In this document: piece after piece, positions 30,233-40,367 of the stretch
Layout: each line of letters begins with the position of its first letter
How positions within the stretch are numbered: position 1 is the stretch's first letter
From: Dehalococcoidia bacterium
GTDB taxonomy: Bacteria; Chloroflexota; Dehalococcoidia; UBA2979
Length of the DNA stretch: 64,000 nucleotides
Assembly (NCBI GenBank): GCA_965262725.1
Contig: OZ253555.1
Location: 2,464,001-2,528,000, forward strand
Reading direction: 5' to 3'
Notes under the pieces: generated by a model
The model's database searches: none
What the model was told of the DNA's origin: nothing
What the model saw: the letters and a program-made list of their open reading frames with translations, nothing else
Made by a program: the position numbers and the translations under genes

Positions 30233-30827
30233 GGTGCAACGCTAGCTGGCTTGGCAAAGTTTGGCAATGCGGATCGCCCCGGACGTGCGGCCCGTCCCGC
30301 TCGCGCGGTCGGCCCGGCTGCGTGTCTCGGCTGCAGATCGCTCCGCGACAACCTGGCCCACGACATCCTCGGTGCGCAGCAGGCAGGCATCTACGCGTCT
30401 GGCTGGACCCGAGCGGGCACGGAGTGCCGGACGGTTCTGTCACCCGACCCGACAGGATCATCGGGTCGCTCCCGGAGCTGCTGGCATGAGCGCGTGGCTC
30501 GACTGGGTCGTTCCTACTCCACGACCGCGCTCGGCTCGCCCGGCCCCCGGGGGCTGCTCTCGGCCCGCGATCGCTACGCCGGGCGGGCGCACGTCCGCGT
30601 CCGCGCCGCGGTCGATCGCTGGCGCCGCGAGACGCGGGACGTCGGAATCACCGAACGCGCGCCATCTCCTCGAGGAAACTGTGGGAAACCTGTGCCGAGC
30701 TTCTGTCGGCACTCGTCAACGGGTCGCGCTGAGGGCTCCTGTGCCTGAGCGGTGAACGATGGAAGCGGTTGGCCTCGAGCAGCCCCCCGCCGAGTACCTG
30801 CCGTCGATTCGAGCGGTGGTTCGTTAG

Positions 30828-31241
30828 TTAGGGGTCTGGCATCAAGCCGCCGCGCGCGAGTTCCGTCGAGATGTGGTCGAAGACGGCGGCCGCGGCGCGC
30901 TCGGCCATCGCGATGTCGTCGGACGTCGCATCGGTGGTGTCCCCGGGGTAGCGTGACGCGGCGCCCCAGCGGTTGAGGCGGTCCAGGTCATCCTGCGAGG
31001 GTCCGGGCGGGAGGTGGTCTCCAACCAGGCGGCGCAGGTAAGCGAGGTCGTGCGTGAACGGCACCGGTAAGTCGTGGAGGACGAGTACGGCCTTCAGCGA
31101 CTTCTCCGCGGCCTGCTGTGCATGCACGCATGCCGCGGTGAAGAGCGCCGGATCGGCGTGCAGCGCAGCGACGATTCGGAGGTCTCGACGCGCGAACTCC
31201 AGCCAGCGGAGAGCTTCCGCCGAGCGGTCCTCACCGCTCAT
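30828..31241 (-). CDS. HEPN-domain protein
   Basis: WLEFARRDL, HAQQAAEKSLKA, THDL, RYP. Confidence 0.85.
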   Translation of the reverse strand: MSGEDRSAEALRWLEFARRDLRIVAALHADPALFTAACVHAQQAAEKSLKAVLVLHDLPVPFTHDLAYLRRLVGDHLPPGPSQDDLDRLNRWGAASRYPGDTTDATSDDIAMAERAAAAVFDHISTELARGGLMPDP

Positions 31242-31557
31242 GAAGCACAACGCCTTCGCGCAACCCTTCGTACAGGACGTTGCCCCTGATGTGCCCGCGG
31301 TGCGCGATCGCGGACGGAGTGGAGACGACGATGTCCTTCGGGAGCGGCATGGTGTGGAGCAGGGCGTGCATCGCAATGGTCGCGCGCGTCTGATCGGTTC
31401 CATCGGGCATGACGACCAGCAGGTCGACGTCGCTGTCGGGCCGCGCGTCCCCGCGTGCGCGGGATCCGAACAACACAATCCGCTCGGGTTCGAACTCGTC
31501 GGCAATGAGCGCGACCATCCTGGTCACGATCGGTCCATAGGCTGTCGCGGTCGTCAT
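31231..31557 (-). CDS. Minimal nucleotidyltransferase (MNT), partner of HEPN
   Basis: LFGSRARGDARPDSDVDLLVV. Confidence 0.88.
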   Translation of the reverse strand: MTTATAYGPIVTRMVALIADEFEPERIVLFGSRARGDARPDSDVDLLVVMPDGTDQTRATIAMHALLHTMPLPKDIVVSTPSAIAHRGHIRGNVLYEGLREGVVLHER

Positions 31558-32079
31558 CGTCCGTTCCGTCCTTCCGCTGAACTATACGACGACTGTGGCG
31601 CGCTTTCGCGGCCTCAGGCACGGCGTGTTTCCCGCGCCTGCGGCCCGAAACACGGTGCCGTGCTCTCGGCCGTCATCGACTCGCGTGTCCTCGGTGACGG
31701 GGCCAGCGCAATCGGGCGTTCGAGGCGCCGTGACTCATCGAGGCCTCCCCGGCATTCGAACTGGCCTCGCGAGCCCGGAGGGCGATACGGCCATCGCCGA
31801 TCCCTTGCGTCTCGTGCCGTCGCGGCGGAACTCAGCCCGACCGACCCGCCCCACCCGGGCGCGCCCAACGGCGTCGGCGCTCACTCACGTCGCCCTGATA
31901 GCAGTCGGGTTGCTGGACGACTTGCTGCACGTACCGGCTGTGAGGGCGGCTGAGCGCCGATGGTGAGACTGGAGCAGGTTGCAACCGAACAACATACCCA
32001 GGGTTTGTATTTCCGAAGGAATATTCGGGTGTATGAGGCTGAGGCAATTCATGTAGTGAAACCTGCCGAGCGACGGTTC

Positions 32080-32520
32080 TGGACAGGGTCGTCCGCCTAC
32101 GAGGACGGCGGCGGGTTCGCGGCGATCCGGATCCCGGCGGCGAAGGATGGGCGGGCGCTGACCGGCTCCCTGGTCGGGCGCAGCGACGCGACCTACGGCG
32201 ATCTCAAGGCTGCCGAACAGGGGGCGCTGGAGGCCGTGCGCGCGTACGCCCGGCGCACGCTCGGCATCGGGGAGGCCATGAAGCGCATCACGATGTACGA
32301 CTCGATGCTGGGCGCGCGAGTGTACGAGCGGAACCAGGCGGACCGAGAGCGGCTCTACCGAGAACTGCTCCAGAGGCGACCCTGGGATCGCTGCCCGTGC
32401 CCGATATGTGGGGAAATCGGCGTGGAGGTGGCCATCTTCCGGGGGAACAACCGCAACAGACGACGGGGGTTCCACAACCTCTGGGTCTTGCGCCGTCGCA
32501 TCGAGCGCGCCTCGGGGCAC
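32080..32520 (+). pseudogene. dpdA: C-terminal fragment of DpdA (DNA 7-deazaguanine transglycosylase)
   Basis: FAAIRIP and RPWDRCPCPICGEIGVEVAIFRGNNRNRRRGFHN, the conserved DpdA C-terminus. The N-terminal catalytic part is absent. Confidence 0.75.
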
Positions 32521-32639
32521 AGCCCGGCCCACCCTCGTCGCCGATCTCGGGGCTCGGTACCCGACGCGGCCCGTGACCCACACCCACCGGTCGCGGCTCC
32601 GGGCCAGGGTGCTTTCCCGTCGAGATGGGTGAGGTCAGT

Positions 32640-32696
32640 ATGGAGGTGTAGGTAGACCGCGAGGCCGACGCTCTCTACGTCCGCCTCGACGAAGTG
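32640..32696 (+). pseudogene. DUF2283-like remnant
   Basis: MEV*VDREADALYVRLDE with an in-frame stop. Confidence 0.5.
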
Positions 32697-32926
32697 GAAA
32701 AGAACGGGACATTCGATCCCCCACCCTCACTGTCGAGGCATGCCGCGCAGTGGAATGTCTCGCCAAAGCTTGCGAACCCGGGAATCCCGCGAAACCGACG
32801 GCAGGTCGATAAGCCGTTCCGGTGGTTTGCAAGGTCGATGGATGCCTGTGCCCTGCCCCGACGTTCTCGCCACTCGGCCGCGCCGAGGGATGCCGTTGGT
32901 GCAACATCGTGAGCGATGCGACCTAG

Positions 32927-34837
32927 GACGCTGGTGCCAAACTCGAGTCACGGCGGCCGCAGTCGGTGTGAGAGGGAAGTGTAGCGTCGGGTGGGCGCGG
33001 GTCGGGAGTTGCGCCGCTGGGGAGTGAGCGGGGCCGGCATCGACCCGGGATCGGGACCCCCGGACGCAGGCTCTCCCGCAGTCGCCCCCGCCTCCGTCTC
33101 CCCTACGAGGGCGCTGTGACCGCCCACCGGGTTGGTGTGTGATGCAGGCCCAGGACCGCCAACCGCGCCAGGTTGACGGAGGCGGCGAGCAGATTGTGGT
33201 CGGCGTCGACCTTGAGACGGCCCCGGACACGGGCGACGCGGCCCCCGTGTCTGCGACGGGTCGTATGCGCCACCTTGCGTTCGACTCGCGAGCGGACCGC
33301 GCGGTAGCCGGATAGCCACCCGGGAGTCTCCTGGCGTGCCCGGGCGGCCGCGAGACTGGTCTCGTGGACGCCCACCGCGACGGTGCGTCCCCCGCGCGAT
33401 GTGGTGCACTGCGCGCGAAGCGGACAGGGGCTGCAGGCGCCCCGGAAGCAGGCGGTTCCCGAGCCGTCGGAGGCGCGGCGAATCGGCACCGTCACCTCCG
33501 CGGGGCAGGTCACGGTGCCCCTCTCCAGGTCGATGGTGAATCGCTCCTTGCTGAAGTGCTGATGCGGCGCGGTCGCTCTCTGAGTGCGGCAGCGGGACTC
33601 GACCCCGTGCTGCTCCAGCACCTCCTGGAACGCGCCCGAGCCGTAGGCCGAATCGCCGTAGACCGTCGGTGTCCCGGTGCTCGCCTCCGCAGCCGCGTCG
33701 GCGGCTAAGTCGTGTGCCCCTGCGTCCTCCAGCAGGTCCGTGATCAACTCCTCCGCAACCTCCCCGTCCGCCACGTTGCCCGCGGTCACCGTCGTGTGCG
33801 TGATGAGCTCCGACTCCGGGTCGACCGCCAGATGGCCCTTGTAGCCGTCGAAGCCGTGCGCGGAGCTCTTGCGTCCGTGGCGGGCGTCGGTGTCCACGGT
33901 CGAGATGATGCGGTCCCTCGCTACCCGCCGCGCAATCACGAAGCGCCCGCCGTCGTCCTGCTCGAGGTCCTGCCCCACCACGGCCGCACAGAGCTCGCCC
34001 GCCCGCTCGACGTGCCCGTCGAGCTCCCGGCCCTCCAGCACCCGCAGGCAGCGCGATACATCGGCCGCCAGCTCGTCGATGAGCGCCCGCGCGGCCTCGC
34101 GGTCCTCCCAGTCGCACGGAGGCTTCCCAGCGGCCCGGTAGTCGTCATCGCGCTCCAGCACCGCCCGCAGCTCGGCCCCGAGTCCGGGCGCATCGAGGCT
34201 CTCCGCCTCCCGCAGCAGCCCGCGGAGCGACGAGCGGAGCAACGTCACCGTGTCCTGCGTGGCGACGGCGTCGTAGAGCGGCGTGGAGTCCAGCACACGC
34301 TGAGCAGAGAGCAGCTTCGCCTCGCGCGCCACCGCGAGCGTGGCCTCGAAGATGCGCCGGGGACGCTCGGAGCCGGCGAGGCGAGCGCGCATCGAGACCA
34401 GGACCGTGTGCACGAAGCCCGGCGCGTCGTAGTCGAGTCCGCCGCAGGCGAACTTCCAGCGGGCGTCCCACTCGAAGGCCGCCACCGCCTCGCGGTCGGA
34501 GAGGCCGTGGAGTCGCTGCAGCACCATGACCGTGGCGACGACGCGGGGCGGAACGCTGCGGCGGCCGCGAGCGGCGAAGAGGTCGGCGAACATCTCGTCG
34601 GGGAAGAGGCGTTCACCCTCGCGGGCCAGGAGGGTCCAGATCGAGTTCCCGGGAACCCTCTCAGCGACGTAGGCGGTGCTCTTGAAGAGGTGGGGCTGCC
34701 TGGAGGTCTCTCCGAGTGTCATGGGCGCGCCTTCCGCTGCGAACGGAACTGATCACCCACATGATCGCATCCCGTGACTCAGCTCGCAACGCGACCCCGC
34801 CTCCAGCGGCACCCACCGTCCAAAAAACACCAGCCTC
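32927..34837 (-). mobile_element. IS1182-family element
   Basis: Ends CTAG-GACGCTGGTG (32923) and CACCAGCCTC-CTAG (34841). Flanked by CTAG on both sides. Confidence 0.8.
33103..34722 (-). CDS. IS1182-family transposase
   Basis: GRRSVPP, LSDREA, VLDST, GYKGH, GDSAYG, CPA...CSPCPLRAQCT, RSRVERK. Confidence 0.88.
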   Translation of the reverse strand: MTLGETSRQPHLFKSTAYVAERVPGNSIWTLLAREGERLFPDEMFADLFAARGRRSVPPRVVATVMVLQRLHGLSDREAVAAFEWDARWKFACGGLDYDAPGFVHTVLVSMRARLAGSERPRRIFEATLAVAREAKLLSAQRVLDSTPLYDAVATQDTVTLLRSSLRGLLREAESLDAPGLGAELRAVLERDDDYRAAGKPPCDWEDREAARALIDELAADVSRCLRVLEGRELDGHVERAGELCAAVVGQDLEQDDGGRFVIARRVARDRIISTVDTDARHGRKSSAHGFDGYKGHLAVDPESELITHTTVTAGNVADGEVAEELITDLLEDAGAHDLAADAAAEASTGTPTVYGDSAYGSGAFQEVLEQHGVESRCRTQRATAPHQHFSKERFTIDLERGTVTCPAEVTVPIRRASDGSGTACFRGACSPCPLRAQCTTSRGGRTVAVGVHETSLAAARARQETPGWLSGYRAVRSRVERKVAHTTRRRHGGRVARVRGRLKVDADHNLLAASVNLARLAVLGLHHTPTRWAVTAPS

Positions 34838-34966
34838 CTAGAGGGCGTCGGTAGGCTCGGGAGCCCGCCGATCACCGAGACCGGAAACTGCAGATGGAGG
34901 TTCACCGCCACCATCCACATATCGCCGACCCGGTCCCGGGAGGCGCGACCCACGCGAGATGCACGG

Positions 34967-35708
34967 GCCTAGCGCGTGCCAACCTTCTTCCACACCAGCA
35001 TGCGCTGCTGGCTGTCCGTCCACGAGCAGCGGATGCGGATGTTCGCCTGACGTGCCGCTTCCTGAAGCAGCCGCTTCACGGTCGCCGGCTTCTCGCCGCG
35101 CTCAAGCTCCACACTCCCCGCGTCGCCCGCCTTCAGCGCCTCGATGTAGGGCTTCCGCCTCTCCGCACCGGCGCGCCCGCGCCCGACGGCGACATCATCA
35201 GGGTCCACCTTCGTGAATGTGGGCATCAGCTCCTCTCTCTCAGTATGTCCCGGATATGCGCCATCGCTGTTGCGCTCCCGCCCCTGTGTGGCCGGCGACC
35301 CGCCGCTCCCGGCGGTCAGCGCCGTCAGGGGCGGAAGGCCGTCAGATACCATTATCCCAGAGTCACGGAGGCACCTCCGTGCGTCTCCCGGCACGCGAAC
35401 CGGTCGGGCCTTCACTGGAGCCGGGCCAGGGACGTGCTGCCGCCGGCGGCCTGGGCTACGCGAAGGGCATTCGCCGCGCGAACACCTCTCCTGCGCGTGC
35501 TCACCTGCCGTCCGTCGGCATGCCGTGGCACCTCCCTGGTGGCTAGTGCGCCTCTCCGATGATTCCGGATTCGGCTCGGGCTGCGAGCGAGCGCAGGCCG
35601 GCGTGCTCCGGCCGTGTGAGTGCGGCATCGCTGTCGAGCACGGCTTCGGCCTCGACCTTCGTGGTGATGATCAGCTGGCCGTCGAGCAGTGCGGAGGCGC
35701 GCAACCGC
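34967..35708 (-). repeat. Inverted duplicate copy B (native recG 3' end and downstream gene)
   Basis: Matches 28891..29639 in opposite orientation. Confidence 0.9.
34969..35226 (-). CDS. Small basic hypothetical protein (85 aa), copy B
   Basis: MPTFTKVDPDDV..., GAGGAG RBS. Confidence 0.8.
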   Translation of the reverse strand: MPTFTKVDPDDVAVGRGRAGAERRKPYIEALKAGDAGSVELERGEKPATVKRLLQEAARQANIRIRCSWTDSQQRMLVWKKVGTR

Positions 35709-38029
35709 GGCTGGCCGGACTGGCGCAGCCCGAACACGTCGCCCGGCCCGCGCAGCTCGAGGTCGGCCTGCGCGAGATCGAAGCCGTTGTTGTTGCGCTC
35801 GACCAGGGAGAGGCGCTGCACAGCATCCTCGCTCGGCTCGTCGGAGAGCAGGTAACAGAACGACCGCGCCTCGCCGCGGCCGACACGGCCGCGGAACTGG
35901 TGCAGCTGCGCGAGCCCGAAGCGGTCGGCGCTCTCGATGATCATCACCGTCGCGTTCGGCACGTCGATCCCGACCTCGACCACGGCGGTCGCTACAAGGA
36001 TCGCGGCCTCGCCGCGCGCGAAGCGCTGCATCGCAGCCTCCTTGTCGCGAGCGCGCATGCGGCCGTGCAGCAGCTCGATGCGGCTGGCGAGGTCCGGGAA
36101 CTGCTCGTTGCGGAGGCGCTCCGCCTCCTCGGTCGCGGCGCGCGACACCACGCGCTCCGAGCCGTCGACGAGCGGGCAGATCACGAACACCTGACGGCCC
36201 GCGGCGATCTCCACGCGCGCGCGCGCAAAGGCCTCCTCGCGCGCTCGGCCGTCCAGCATCCTGGTCGTGATGCCGGCGCGCCCCGGCGGCAACTCGTCGA
36301 TCAGCGAGAGATCGAGATCGCCGTAGGCGGTCAGGGCGAGCGAGCGCGGGATCGGTGTCGCGGTCATCACGAGCAGGTGCGGCGCCGTGGCGCCGTCGGG
36401 GCCGCCGCGAAGCGCGGAGCGTTGCTCGACTCCGAACCGATGCTGCTCGTCGACCACGGCCAGGCCGAGACGCCGGAACTCAACCTCGTCCTGGATCAGG
36501 GCGTGCGTGCCGACGACGAGCCCGGCGCTGCCGTTGCGAATCGCGGCGAGTGCCTCGCGGCGCTTGCGGGCGCCGGCGGAGCCGGTGAGCAGGACGGCGC
36601 GGACGTGGCGCCGCCGCATGTACGGCAGATCGGCAAGCCCGAAGCTGAGCAGGTTGCGGCCGGTGTCGAGCAAGGTGGCGATCGTGCGGAAGTGCTGCTC
36701 CGCGAGCACCTCCGTCGGCGCCATGAGCGCGGCCTGGCTGCCGCTGTTCGCGCAGGCCAGCATCGCCGCCAGGGCGACCACGGTCTTGCCCGAGCCGACG
36801 TCGCCCTGGAGCAGGCGGGCCATCGGCGTCGTGCTCGCGATCTCGCCCTCGATCTCAGTGAGCGAGCGACGCTGCGCCGCCGTGAGATCAAAGGGCAGGG
36901 ACTCGACGAATCCGCGCACCGTGTCCGGTTCGGCGATCGCCGGCGCAAGGCCCGCCTGTGCGAGGCGGCGCTTGCGCCGCACGACGGCGAGCTGCACTCC
37001 GAGCAGTTCGTCGAAGGCGAGCCTGCGCTCGGCACGGCGCGCCGCCGCGTAGTTCGGGGGGTTGTGGATCTCGAGGAAGGCCTGGCGCCGCCCGATCAGC
37101 CTGTGGCGTGCGCGCAGATCGCCCGGCAATGGCTCGTGGATCGCCTCGGCGTAGCGCTCGATCGCCTTCTCGATGTGGCGCCGGAGCATGGTCTGGGAGA
37201 GGCCCCTGGTGCTGCGGTAGACCGGCACGAGGCGGCCGCGGTACGCCTCGCGGGCGTCGAACAGGTAGAACGCCGGGTTCGCCATCGTGACCTCGCCGCG
37301 GCGGCCGTTGAAGCCGACCTTGCCGACGAGGGCGATTCCGGAGCCCCTCGGCAGGCGCGTTGCGAGCCAGGGCTGGTTGAACCAGGTGACGGCCAGCATG
37401 TTGCCGAAGGCGTCGCGTACCTCTGCCTTGCAGGCGCCGTGCATGCGGCCGCGCCAGCGCTCGGCGGTGACGGACACGACCACGCCGCTGACGGCTCCCT
37501 CCTCGCCGACCAGGAGCTCACGGACGCCGCGCGTGGCCGAGAAGTCGTGGTAGCGGAACGGGTAGTGGATGAGCAGGTCGTCGACGGTCGCGATCCCGAG
37601 CGTCTCGTAGCAGGCGAGCTCGTTGCGGCGGATCCCGAGCCGGGCGTCCGTGAGCGCTGTCTCTGCGGGAGGCGCGGACGGCGCCTTCGCCCGCGCGCGG
37701 CCGGCCGCCGGCTCTGGGGTTGCCGCAGGCTGAGCCGGCGCTGGTGCGCCTGCGGGCGACGCCGCGGCGTCGCCGGTCAAGCGTGCGATCTCGGTGTTCA
37801 GCCACGTCGCTCGCGCGGCCGGCGAGAGTTCGCGGTAGCGTGCCGGCGCGAGCCGCACGGCAAGCTCCTGCACCTCCGCGCTCTGCCCTGCCTGGCGGTC
37901 GAGGAAGGCGTCGAGGCCGCCGATGACCGCGCGATCGTGGCAGCCAGCCGCGTGCTCGAGCTCGAGCATTCGCACCAACCGCGCTGCTGTGAGCCCGCGC
38001 CTTGCCGGCGCGCGGGTCGCCGTCACCAT
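35543..38029 (-). CDS. recG: ATP-dependent DNA helicase RecG
   Basis: RLLQGDVGSGKT, APTEVLAEQH, DEQHRFGV, MTATPIPR, QLHQFRGRVGRG, DLELRGPG. Start placed at ATG 38029 (uncertain). Confidence 0.95.
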   Translation of the reverse strand: MVTATRAPARRGLTAARLVRMLELEHAAGCHDRAVIGGLDAFLDRQAGQSAEVQELAVRLAPARYRELSPAARATWLNTEIARLTGDAAASPAGAPAPAQPAATPEPAAGRARAKAPSAPPAETALTDARLGIRRNELACYETLGIATVDDLLIHYPFRYHDFSATRGVRELLVGEEGAVSGVVVSVTAERWRGRMHGACKAEVRDAFGNMLAVTWFNQPWLATRLPRGSGIALVGKVGFNGRRGEVTMANPAFYLFDAREAYRGRLVPVYRSTRGLSQTMLRRHIEKAIERYAEAIHEPLPGDLRARHRLIGRRQAFLEIHNPPNYAAARRAERRLAFDELLGVQLAVVRRKRRLAQAGLAPAIAEPDTVRGFVESLPFDLTAAQRRSLTEIEGEIASTTPMARLLQGDVGSGKTVVALAAMLACANSGSQAALMAPTEVLAEQHFRTIATLLDTGRNLLSFGLADLPYMRRRHVRAVLLTGSAGARKRREALAAIRNGSAGLVVGTHALIQDEVEFRRLGLAVVDEQHRFGVEQRSALRGGPDGATAPHLLVMTATPIPRSLALTAYGDLDLSLIDELPPGRAGITTRMLDGRAREEAFARARVEIAAGRQVFVICPLVDGSERVVSRAATEEAERLRNEQFPDLASRIELLHGRMRARDKEAAMQRFARGEAAILVATAVVEVGIDVPNATVMIIESADRFGLAQLHQFRGRVGRGEARSFCYLLSDEPSEDAVQRLSLVERNNNGFDLAQADLELRGPGDVFGLRQSGQPRLRASALLDGQLIITTKVEAEAVLDSDAALTRPEHAGLRSLAARAESGIIGEAH

Positions 38030-38102
38030 CTCGCTGTTGTTCCCCCTGCTCGCGCCTTGCCCGGGGGCAGGCGCCGCCGCCCGGGTGGTCCTGCTATCGT
38101 AC

Positions 38103-38116
38103 AGCACAAACGTTCT
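38103..38116 (-). promoter_or_regulatory. Putative LexA (Cheo-type) box upstream of recG
   Basis: AGAAC-GTTT-GTGCT, one mismatch to AGAAC-N4-GTTCT, next to a TACGAT -10-like hexamer. Confidence 0.45.
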
Positions 38117-38205
38117 TATCCCGCTGTATTCTGGTCGCGCGCCTTGCGTCGCTGACTAGCGGACAGGTGGCGCGCTCGCAGGGACGAGAACGGGCAGGCA
38201 GGAGC

Positions 38206-38409
38206 ATGACCGCTGCCTTCTACGTCCACGAAGACAGGCCGACCGGCTCGGCCACGGTCCACCAGACGGGGGGCCCCTGCCCTGTCCCCCAGCGAAAGCG
38301 GGCGCGCGACGGGCAATGGCACGGACCGTTTCGACTCAAGGAGGGGGCGCTGAGAGTCGCCCGTGACGTCGGCCGCGACGTCTACGAGTGCCAGCGCTGT
38401 AACCCCTGA
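38206..38409 (+). CDS. Small His/Cys (putative Zn-binding) protein, 67 aa
   Basis: AGGAG RBS. YVHED...VH...C...WHGPF...CxxC. Homologous domain at 42185-42408. Confidence 0.7.
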   Translation: MTAAFYVHEDRPTGSATVHQTGGPCPVPQRKRARDGQWHGPFRLKEGALRVARDVGRDVYECQRCNP

Positions 38410-38491
38410 CGCCGGTGGGGCGATCCCCTCTCGTGCCGACGGACGGAGCACTCGCTGTGCCGGCGCGTTCGTGGGTTGCGATGGAGGACAT

Positions 38492-39145
38492 ATGACGACG
38501 CATGCACTGCCCTCCGGGAGAGAGTTGGCGGATCGCGTCAGGACGGCGATCGACGCGACCGGGTGGTCTCCCCGGCGGGGTGACCGGACGCGCCGGCTGA
38601 AGCAACGCGTGTGGGAACTCGGCTTCGACCTCGCCTCCGAGTGCGGCGTGGCGCTGTACCCCTTCGCTGGCAAGCTCGGGCACGACCTGGCCGACGACGC
38701 CCGGGGCCGCCTCGAGGCGCGGTCCGCGCACTTCTGGCCGTACCCCGAGGAGCATTCCACGCTCACGGAGTGGGCATACGGCGTTGCGTGGGCGACGTTC
38801 GGGGGCGAGTACACGGCCTGCTCCGACGACCGCGACACCGCCGAGCGGGTGCCGTCCTTCGAGCGCCTGGTGCTGGCGCTTGAGAGCGAACTCGCTCCCC
38901 GCAGGTGGGACGTGCTGACCGATCTCAACAAGCTGCTCTGCGCCCGCGCCGACCTGCGCGTGATGGTGTGGGACCGCGACGCGCTCGAGGACGGCTTCGA
39001 GCTCGTGGAGCCCCGGCTGCGTGCAGCCGCCGGAGCGGATGAGGGGTGGTGGCTGCTCAGCGGCCGGGGGAAGGGCGGCTTCGAGCACCGCGTCTACCCC
39101 GACGCGGCGCCGCAGGGCGTGCCGGCACCCGCCGGCACTCAGTAG
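38492..39145 (+). CDS. Hypothetical protein, possible PD-(D/E)xK nuclease-like fold
   Basis: GGAGG RBS. EWAYGVAW...LVLALESE...DLNKLL..RADLRVMV. Confidence 0.5.
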   Translation: MTTHALPSGRELADRVRTAIDATGWSPRRGDRTRRLKQRVWELGFDLASECGVALYPFAGKLGHDLADDARGRLEARSAHFWPYPEEHSTLTEWAYGVAWATFGGEYTACSDDRDTAERVPSFERLVLALESELAPRRWDVLTDLNKLLCARADLRVMVWDRDALEDGFELVEPRLRAAAGADEGWWLLSGRGKGGFEHRVYPDAAPQGVPAPAGTQ

Positions 39146-39285
39146 GATTGGTCGGGGCGTGCCGCCCGGGTGGGCCGGTCCCACGTGCGGCGCCGCCCAC
39201 GCCCGGTCGCGTTCACGCGCGGGCCCGGACGCAGGCGCGTCGTGCTCCCGGACACGCCTGGTCGGAACCGCCCGGAGGCGCGCCC

Positions 39286-40320
39286 ATGTCCGAGCAGACC
39301 CCCAGCCGGGCCGAGCTGGACGCGGAGGCTCACGCGGAGCTGGCGCTCCACCGCGCGGTCCTCGCCGAGATGGCCGCGCGCGGCGTCGCCGAAGAGGTGC
39401 TGGAGCAGCAGCGCGAGAACGTCGCGCTCGCGGCCGGGACGGCCGAGCTGCTGCGGCACAGCGAGCCCGGTCACGACTGCGCCCGTCTCGGCTGCCGCAC
39501 GGATGACCTGGTTGCCCGGATCGGCGCTCTGCTCACCGGCGTGCCGAGCGGCTGGCGCGCTCCATCACCGGACGAAGCGGCGCCGGGCCGGCGTCCCGCG
39601 ACGATTCGCGTGTCGCTTCTCGGCGGGTTCGGCGTCACCCGGGATGGGGTCACCTGCGAGCTACCGGAGGCGGAGCAGCGCCTCGTCGCGCTGGTGGCGC
39701 TCCACCGCGCCGTGGGCCTGCACTGGGCCGCGGAGCGGCTCGCGCCTCGCATCGAGCCGGCGAGCGCGGTCGCGCGCCTCCACGCGGCGATCGCCCGCCT
39801 GCGGTCGGCCGGCCTCGACATGCTCGACGTCGACGGCCGGGTGCTCAGCCTGGCGGCGGGCGTCACGGTCGACGCCGCGGAGGCGGAGGCGTTCTTCTCC
39901 CGGCTCGCGCGGCAGGGGGGCGCCCCGCGGTGGAGCGCCGACCACGACCGGCTCCTGCTGGAGCTGCTCCCCGGCTGGCCGGACGGCTGGGTGCTTCTCC
40001 AGCGTGTCAGGTTCGAGGATCTCTCCCTGAGCGCACTGGACACGGAGATCCGCCGGCTGCTGGACGGCGGCGCCCGGACCGCCGCCGTGACCTTCGCGCA
40101 GAAGGTGCTCCGGGCCGATCCGCTCCGGGAGAGCACCCTGCGCCTGCTGATCGCGACCCACCTCGCCGAGGGCCGCGACGGGCTGGCCCGTGACTGCTAC
40201 CTCGACTTCCGGCGGGATCTGCTCGACGGGTTCGGCTTCGAGCCCTCGCCGATGGCCCGTGCGCTCGTCGCCCACCTGCTGGGCGACGCGGGCGCGCCCG
40301 GCGAGAGATCTCCGGGCTGA
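39286..40320 (+). CDS. SARP/BTAD-family transcriptional regulator
   Basis: VSLLGGF wHTH, VTVD, LLPGWPDGW, ADPLRES, GFEPS. Confidence 0.8.
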   Translation: MSEQTPSRAELDAEAHAELALHRAVLAEMAARGVAEEVLEQQRENVALAAGTAELLRHSEPGHDCARLGCRTDDLVARIGALLTGVPSGWRAPSPDEAAPGRRPATIRVSLLGGFGVTRDGVTCELPEAEQRLVALVALHRAVGLHWAAERLAPRIEPASAVARLHAAIARLRSAGLDMLDVDGRVLSLAAGVTVDAAEAEAFFSRLARQGGAPRWSADHDRLLLELLPGWPDGWVLLQRVRFEDLSLSALDTEIRRLLDGGARTAAVTFAQKVLRADPLRESTLRLLIATHLAEGRDGLARDCYLDFRRDLLDGFGFEPSPMARALVAHLLGDAGAPGERSPG

Positions 40321-40367
40321 CGCGTCGAGCGTGCGCCGGCCGGTTTCAGCGCCCGGTGTGGGCGCGG

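Noticed and set aside
30270-30820. ORFs between parD and HEPN
   Set aside because: Low-complexity Arg/Ala/Pro translations in all frames, with no coding signal I can support.
35213-38155. 980-aa plus-strand ORF, and similar long ORFs at 3355..5280, 13975..15960, 20248..22014 and 46299..47687
   Set aside because: They are antisense shadows of real genes, as expected with high GC3 codon bias. No motifs.
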